Shown here: piece after piece, positions 54,101-63,100 of the stretch | How positions within the stretch are numbered: position 1 is the stretch's first letter | Layout: each line of letters begins with the position of its first letter | Assembly (NCBI RefSeq): GCF_030157465.1 | Contig: NZ_JAOAUU010000036.1 | Location: 2,427-66,426, forward strand | Direction: 5' to 3' | From: Zoogloea sp. | GTDB lineage: Bacteria > Pseudomonadota > Gammaproteobacteria > Burkholderiales > Rhodocyclaceae | DNA: 64,000 nucleotides | Program-made: the position numbers and the translations under genes | Notes under the pieces: model-generated | Told to the model about the DNA's origin: nothing | Databases searched by the model: none | The model's input: only the letters and a program-made list of their open reading frames with translations

Positions 54101-57100
54101 GTCCGACCCGGACTCGGGCAACTTCAACGGCGGTCGGCTGGACCTGTACTACGTCCAGAACGGCAGCGCCGAAGACCAGCTGGGCGTGGTCAGCCAGGGC
54201 AGCGGGGCCGGTCAGATCGGCGTCTCGGGCAGCACGGTGAGCTACGGCGGCGCGGTGATCGGCACGGTGAGCGGCGGCAGCAACGGCGCCAACCTGCGCA
54301 TCGACTTCACCAGCGACGCGGCCAGCGTGGAGGCCGTCGAGGCGCTGATCCAGCACCTGGGCTACCGCAACGCCGATTCCAGCCCGAACGTCAGCCGCAC
54401 GCTGGGCCTGCGGGTGTCCGACGGCGACGGTGGCAGCAGTGCGCCCAGCATGCTGACCATCGTGGTCACCGGCGACGCGGACGGCACGCCTGCGGTGTAC
54501 GGCGAAGAGCAGGTGAACACCTACACGCCGGGCCAGCAGCAATGGCCGTCGGTGGCCACGCTTGGCGACGGCAGCTACGTGGTGGCGTGGCAATCCGACA
54601 ACCAGGACGGCAGCGGCTGGGGCGTTTACGCGCAGCGCTTTGCCAACAATGGCGAAGCCCTGGGCCCCGAGCAACGGGTCAACACCCTCACCGGCAGCGA
54701 CCAGAGCTGGCCGCAGATAGCCGGCCTGTCGAACGGCGGCTACGTCATCGCGTGGCAGGACAACGCCAACGACGGCAGCGGCTGGGGCGTGTTCGGGCAG
54801 CGCTACGACGCCAACAACCTTGCCGAGGGCGATCAGTTCCGGATCAACACCACCACCAGCGGTGACCAGTACAACGACAGCCTGGCGGCCTACACAGACG
54901 GCTTCGCGGCGGTCTGGTCCACCAGCAACGACATCTACCTGCAGCGCTACAGCAACGCCGGGGTGAAGCAAGGCGCCGAAACCCTGGTCAGCACCGTCCC
55001 CGGCGGCGGCACCGCCCAGAGCGGCGCCCAATACCTGCCCGACGTGGCGGCCTACGCCAACGGCAACCTGGTCATCGTCTGGACCGACGCGGGCGGCAAC
55101 GACGGCGACAGCTACGGCGTCTACGGGCGCACCTACAACGCCGGCACCGGCAGCTTCGGCAGCAGCTTCCTGGTGAACACCACCACCAGCAGCTACCAGG
55201 GCTACTCCAACGACGGCAACTACGCCCCCAACGTAGCCGTGCTGAGCAACGGCGACTTCGTCGTGGTGTGGCCCTCCTACAACCAGGACAGCCCGAGCAC
55301 CTGGGCCGTGACCGGCCAGCGCTTCGACGCCGCCGGCAACAAGCTGGGGGGCGAATTCCAGGTCAACGAAACCCTCGCCGGCAGCCAGTACATTCCCGAC
55401 GTCACCGCCCTGTCCAGCGGCGGCTTCGTCGTCACCTTCTACAACGACAACTACGACATCGACGGCACCGGCTCGACGGGCGACGTCTACCTGCGTGAAT
55501 ACGACGCCGGCGGCAACCCGGTCGACGGCCAGCGCAAGGTCAACGCAACCACCGTCAGCACCCAGTGGGAATCCGCCGTGGCCGACCTGGGCAACGGCAA
55601 CTACGCCGTGGTGTGGGCGGGCTACAACGCCGAGGCCGGCACGGCCAACACCTACGGCATCTTCCAGCAGCTCTACGGCGACAGCACCGAGCTGGCGCGC
55701 TCGGCGAGCCCGCAACTGGGCGACTTCACCGGCACCGTCACCTTCGCCGAAAACGCGGTCAATGCCGGGCTGCAGGTGATCGACGCCGCAGTGGGGCTGT
55801 CCGACCCGGACTCGGGCAACTTCAACGGCGGTCGGCTGGACCTGTACTACGTCCAGAACGGCAGCGCCGAAGACCAGCTGGGCGTGGTCAGCCAGGGCAG
55901 CGGGGCCGGTCAGATCGGCGTCTCGGGCAGCACGGTGAGCTACGGCGGCGCGGTGATCGGCACGGTGAGCGGCGGCAGCAACGGCGCCAACCTGCGCATC
56001 GACTTCACCAGCGACGCGGCCAGCGTGGAGGCCGTCGAGGCGCTGATCCAGCACCTGGGCTACCGCAACGCCGATTCCAGCCCGAACGTCAGCCGCACGC
56101 TGGGCCTGCGGGTGTCCGACGGCGACGGTGGCAGCAGTGCGCCCAGCATGCTGACCATCGTGGTCACCGGCGACGCGGACGGCACGCCTGCGGTGTACGG
56201 CGAAGAGCAGGTGAACACCTACACCTACGATTACCAGTACGCACCCGCGGTGGCCGGGCTTGCCGGCGGTGGTTACGTCACCACCTGGATTTCGCGCAGC
56301 CAGGATGGTGCGGCAGGCGCCGACGGGATCTACGCGCAGCGCTTCCTTGAAAATGGCGAGGCGGTGGGCCCCGAGTTCCGGGTGAACAGCACCACCGCGG
56401 GCAACCAGCGTGACGTGAAAGTCGCCGGTCTGTCCGACGGCAGTTTCGTCCTTGCCTGGACCGACCAGAACGGCAACCCGGACGGCAGCGGCTACGGTGT
56501 TTACGGCCAGCGTTTTGATGCCGCCGGCAATGCGCTGGGCGGGCAGTTCCTGATCAACGCAACGTCGACCAGCAGCAACCAGGAGGCGCCGGCGATTGCC
56601 GCATTCGAGAGCGGTGGTTTCGTCGTTACCTGGGATTCGAGCGCATCGCTGGCCAACGGCGGCGATGGCAGCGGCGACGGCGTGTATGCGCAGCGCTTCA
56701 ACAACGACGGCACGACCAACGGCGGGATGTTCCGCGTCAATACCACCACGGCGAACTCGCAATACGAAAGCGACGTGGCGGCCCACGCCGACGGCAGCTT
56801 CGTTGTGAGCTGGCGCTCCGACGCGCAGGACGGCAGTGGCGCAGGGGTGTACTTCCAGCGCTACGACGCCGCCGGTGTCGCGCTGGGCGCAGAAACCCGG
56901 GCGAACACCATCACGATCAGCAGCCAGTACGAGGCGAAGATCGCCACCCTCGCCGGTGGCGGCTTCGTCATCGTCTGGCGCGACGACGGCGGCCAGGACG
57001 GCTCCGCCAACGCGGTTTTCGGGCAGCGCTTCGATGCCGCCGGCAACCCCCTGGGCGATCAGTTCCGGGTCAACGAGACGACGTCCGGCAGCCAGTACCA

Positions 57101-60100
57101 GCCTGATGTCGTCGGGCTCGACAACGGAGGTTTCGTTGTCACCTTCTACAACGACAACTACGACCTCAGCGGCAGCGGCTCCACCGCCGACGTTTACATC
57201 CGCGAATACGATCTCAACGGCGTCGCCGTCGACGGGCAGCGCAAAGTCAATACCTTTACCGGCAGCAGTCAGCAGGAGCCGGCGATTGCTCATCTGGGCA
57301 GTGACAATTTTGTCGTGACCTGGCGCTCCGAGACGCAGGACGGCAGCAACTCCGGGGTCTATCAGCAGCTGTTCGGAGCAGCGGCCGAACTCCCCCGTGC
57401 GTCAGCCAACCCGGTGCTGGACGACTTCCGCGCGCAGCGCATTCTGGTGAGCGACGCGGCCTCGTCGTTCTACGCCGGCACGCCGCAGCTGATCGACGGC
57501 GACGTGGGCGTGCAGGACGCAGATTCCGCCGACTTCGACGGCGGCAGCTTCACCGTCACCCTGCTCAACGGAGCCACGGCCACCGAAGCCCTGGGCATCC
57601 GAAACCAGGGCACTGGCACCCTCCAGATCGGCGTCGCAGGCAGCGACATCAGCTTCGCCGGCACCGTGATCGGCAGCTTCACCGGAGGCGGCGCCGGCAA
57701 CAGCCTGCTCACCGTCACCCTCAACGCCAACGCCACCCCGCTGGCAATACGCGGCCTGGCCCAGAACATCACCTACCAGAACACCGCGCCCCCCGCCGGC
57801 ACCACCGACCGCTACGTGAGCTTCCGCCTCACCGACGGCGACGGCGGCACCAGCAACGCGGCAAACGTGGAGATCCAGATTCAGCCCACGATCACGCCCA
57901 CCGCGGTGGCCGTGGACGACATCGAAACCAGCGTCACCCTCACCGAAGCCCAGGCCCAAGCCGGCGGCTTCTTGCTCGACAATGCGGCGCAGGTCAATTA
58001 CAACGGCGCCGGCAACTTCAACACCGGCACGCTGACGGTCTCCTACCTCAGCAGCACCAGCCGCGTGGACGACCAGCTCGGCATCCGCAACCAGGGCAGC
58101 GGCGCCAACGAGGTGGGCGTCTCCGGCACCGCGGTGAGCTTCCAGGGCACCCAGATCGGCACCCTCAGCGGCACGCTGAACGGCGTAAACGGCAACAACC
58201 TGCAGATCACCTGGAACGCCAGCGCCACCGACCAGGGCATCGAGCGGGTCATCGAAAACCTCACTTACGGCAACACCTCCGACGGCCCCAACGCCAGCCG
58301 CAGCATCCGCTTTGCGCTGACCGACAGCAGCGGCACCGCGAGCACCGTCCGCGACATGCAGATCAACGTGACGCCTCAGATTGACGGTGCCAGCCCGATC
58401 TTCGGTGAGCAGCAGGTCAACACCTACGAGCCGAACGAGCAGCACGTTCCGGTAACGACCGGCCTGCAGGGCGTCAATGACGGCAGCTACGTGGTGGTGT
58501 GGCGCTCGAACGGGCAGGACGGCAGCAGCTACGGCATTTACGGGCAGCGCTACGACAACCGGGGCGGTGCGGTGGGGGCCGAGTTCCAGGTCAATACCCA
58601 GACGCTGGGCGCGCAATACGAAGCCGAAGTGGCCAGCCTGGCCAACGGTGGTTTCGTGGTGGTGTGGCGTGACGACAGTGGCCGCGATGGCTCCGGAACC
58701 GGCATTTACGCCCAGATCTACGGGGCCGACGGCGCCCGGGTTGGCGGCGAGCGGCTGATCAACACCACCACCACCGGCAGCCAGTACGAGCCGGCGGTGG
58801 TGGGCCTGAGCGACGGCAGCTTCGTCGTCGCCTATCGCAGCGACTACACGGGCGGCGCCTACACCACCGACGTGCTGGCGCGGCGCTTCGATGCCGGCGG
58901 CACCGAACTGACACCGGAATTCACCCTCAACACCACCACCTCGGGCACCCAGTACAACCCGCGTCTGGCGGCGCTCGCCGGCGGGCAGTTCGTGGTGGTG
59001 TATGGCGACGCCAGCGGCAACGACGGCAGCAGCTACGGCGTCTTCAGCAAGGTCTTCAACGCCAACGGCACAGAGGCGGTGGCCGAGCAACTGGCGAACA
59101 CCACGATCAGCGGCCAGCAAAGCGGCCACGACGTGGTGGCGCTCACGGGCGGCGGCTACGTGGCCACCTGGTGGTCGGCCGACAACCACATCTACGGCCA
59201 GCGCTTCGACGCGAGCGGCGCCAAGGTGAATGGCGAGTTCCGCATCAGCACGGTCGACACGCAGCCCAACAACAACTTTGCCCGCGTCACGGCGCTGGAC
59301 AGCGGCGGCTTCGTGGTGGCCTGGGATGCCAACGGCTACGAGGTGTACATCCAGCAGTTCGACGCCAGCGGCAACAAGGTAGACGGCCCGACGCAGGTCA
59401 ACACCACGACAGCCAGCACGCAGTACTACGCGGATGTCGCCGGGCTGTCGGGCAGCAACTTCGTGGTGACCTGGGCGGGCTACAACCAGGAGGCCGGCGG
59501 CCCGAGCACTTACGGCATCTTCAGTCAGATTCTGGGCGCGCCCGGCTCGCTCACCCGCTCGGCGGCGCCGGAGCTGGTGGACGTGGCGACGAGCGTGACG
59601 TTTGCCGAAAACCTGGTCAATGCCACGCCGCAGCTGATCGACAGCGCAGTGCGTCTTTCCGACGCCGACTCCGCCAGCTTCAATGGTGGCCAGCTGGTGG
59701 TGTCCGTCGTTGTCGCCGGCCAGAATCAGGTGGATACCCCCTTCAGCCAGGATCAGCTGGGCATCCGCAACGCAGGCACCGGCACGGGCCAGATCGGCGT
59801 GTCCGGCAGCGATGTCAGCTATCAGGGCACAACGATCGGCACGATTGTCTCTGGCGGGGCCAACGGCAGCACGCTGGCGGTGAACCTCAATGCCAACGCC
59901 ACTGCCGGCGCGGTGGAAGCGCTGATCGAGCACCTCACCTACGCCAATAGCTCCACCAATCCGGCGGCAACCCGCCTGGTGAGCATCCAGGTCAGCGATG
60001 GTCTTGGCGGGGCCAGTGTTCCCCGTACCGTGCAGATCAACGTGACGCCTCAGATTGACGGTGCCAGCCCGATCTTCGGCGAGCAGCAGGTCAACACCTA

Positions 60101-63100
60101 CGAGCCGAACGAGCAGCACGTTCCGGTAACGACCGGCCTGCAGGGCGTCAATGACGGCAGCTACGTGGTGGTGTGGCGCTCGAACGGGCAGGACGGCAGC
60201 AGCTACGGCATTTACGGGCAGCGCTACGACAACCGGGGCGGTGCGGTGGGGGCCGAGTTCCAGGTCAATACCCAGACGCTGGGCGCGCAATACGAAGCCG
60301 AAGTGGCCAGCCTGGCCAACGGTGGTTTCGTGGTGGTGTGGCGTGACGACAGTGGCCGCGATGGCTCCGGAACCGGCATTTACGCCCAGATCTACGGGGC
60401 CGACGGCGCCCGGGTTGGCGGCGAGCGGCTGATCAACACCACCACCACCGGCAGCCAGTACGAGCCGGCGGTGGTGGGCCTGAGCGACGGCAGCTTCGTC
60501 GTCGCCTATCGCAGCGACTACACGGGCGGCGCCTACACCACCGACGTGCTGGCGCGGCGCTTCGATGCCGGCGGCACCGAACTGACACCGGAATTCACCC
60601 TCAACACCACCACCTCGGGCACCCAGTACAACCCGCGTCTGGCGGCGCTCGCCGGCGGGCAGTTCGTGGTGGTGTATGGCGACGCCAGCGGCAACGACGG
60701 CAGCAGCTACGGCGTCTTCAGCAAGGTCTTCAACGCCAACGGCACAGAGGCGGTGGCCGAGCAACTGGCGAACACCACGATCAGCGGCCAGCAAAGCGGC
60801 CACGACGTGGTGGCGCTCACGGGCGGCGGCTACGTGGCCACCTGGTGGTCGGCCGACAACCACATCTACGGCCAGCGCTTCGACGCGAGCGGCGCCAAGG
60901 TGAATGGCGAGTTCCGCATCAGCACGGTCGACACGCAGCCCAACAACAACTTTGCCCGCGTCACGGCGCTGGACAGCGGCGGCTTCGTGGTGGCCTGGGA
61001 TGCCAACGGCTACGAGGTGTACATCCAGCAGTTCGACGCCAGCGGCAACAAGGTAGACGGCCCGACGCAGGTCAACACCACGACAGCCAGCACGCAGTAC
61101 TACGCGGATGTCGCCGGGCTGTCGGGCAGCAACTTCGTGGTGACCTGGGCGGGCTACAACCAGGAGGCCGGCGGCCCGAGCACTTACGGCATCTTCAGTC
61201 AGATTCTGGGCGCGCCCGGCTCGCTCACCCGCTCGGCGGCGCCGGAGCTGGTGGACGTGGCGACGAGCGTGACGTTTGCCGAAAACCTGGTCAATGCCAC
61301 GCCGCAGCTGATCGACAGCGCAGTGCGTCTTTCCGACGCCGACTCCGCCAGCTTCAATGGTGGCCAGCTGGTGGTCAGCGTGATCTCCGGCTACGGCAAC
61401 ATCGAGCAGGCCCAGTTGCCGAACAGCCCGGAGACGCAGGATCAGTTCGGCATCCGCAATCAGGGGAGCGGCGCGGGGCAGGTGGATGTGTCCGGCAGCA
61501 ACGTGCGCTATGGCGGTATCGTCATCGGCACGATCAGCTCCGATGGCCTCAATGGCCATGACTTCGTCGTCACCTTCAACGCCAGCGCCACTGCCGGTGC
61601 GGTGGAGGCGGTGATCGAGAACCTCACCTACCGGAATGTGGTGTCCAATCCGGTTGCCAGCCGGATGGTGAGCATCCAGGTCAGCGACGGCGCCGGCGGT
61701 GCCAGCGCGCCGCAGGTGGTGCAGATCAACATCACGCCCGAATACGACGGCGCCCAGCCGCTGTACCAGGAGGATTCCGTCAACACCTACACGCCGTCGA
61801 ACCAGAGCCAGCCGGCCATGGCCCGACTGGAGGATGGCGGCTACGTCACGGTGTGGACTTCCGAGATCCAGGATGGCTGGGGCTATGGCATTTATGGCCA
61901 GCGCTACGACGCCGCAGGCGTGGCGGTCGGCAACCAGTTCCAGGTCAATGACTACACGCCCTACAACCAGACCGAGCCCGCGATTTCCAGCCTGGCCGGT
62001 GGCGGTTTCGTGGTGGTGTGGCGGGATGACGGCGGGCATGACGGCAGCAGCTACGGCGTATTCGGCCAGCGCTACGATGCCGCTGGCCTGCAGGTGGGCA
62101 ATGCGCTGCTGATCAACTCCCATACGGGCAGCGCCCAGTATCAACCGTCGATCGCCAGCGTCGCCGGTGGTGGCTTCATCGTGGCCTGGTATTCCGATGC
62201 CACCCAGGACGGCCGCCCCTACGACGTTTACTTCCAGCGTTTCGACAACAGCGGCACACCCCTTGGCGCGGAAACCCGGGCCAATGCCAGTGCGGGCTTT
62301 GTGAACAGCGCCCAGTACGAGCCCGCGGTGACGGTGCTCTCCGATGCCAGCTTCGTCGTCACCTGGCGCTCCGAGAGCCAGGATGGCAGCAGCTCCGGCG
62401 TCTATGGCCAGCGCTTCGCCGCCGATGGCACGGCGCTGGGCGGCGAGTTCCGGGTCAACACCTATACCGACAGCAATCAGCTTGATCCCAGCATTGCCGC
62501 GCTGAGCGGTGGCGGCTTCGTCGTCAGCTGGACTTCCTATTACCAGGATGGCGGCGGCACCTACGGGGTGTTTGCCCAGCGCTACGCCAACGATGGCACG
62601 CCGCTGGGTGGCGAGTTCCGCGTCAATACCACCACGGCCAGCAACGAACAGCAGTCGTCGGTGACGGCCCTGGCCAACGGTGGCTTTGCGATCGTCTGGA
62701 GCAACGGCAGCGAAATCTATGCCCAGCAATACAGCGCGGGTGGCGTTGCGGTGGATGGCGAAACCCGCATCGACGTGCTTGACGACAACTATGCGATCGA
62801 GCCTGCCGTGCTGGGCCTCGGCAATGGCAATTTCGTCGTGAGCTGGACGGACAGGGGGGATGGCGGCGGCAACAGCTATGGCATCTACCAGCGCGTGCTG
62901 GGCAACCCTGCCGATTTTTCGCGCCAGGCCAATCCGGTGCTGGTGGATGTGGCACAGAGCGTCACCTTTGGCGAGAACGAACTCAACCTGATGCCGCGCC
63001 TGATCGATCCGGGCGTCGGCCTCTACGACGCCGACTCGGCAAACTTCGCCGGCGGCAGGCTCGAGGTTGATTACATCAGCGGCTACGGTGGCCAGGACCA

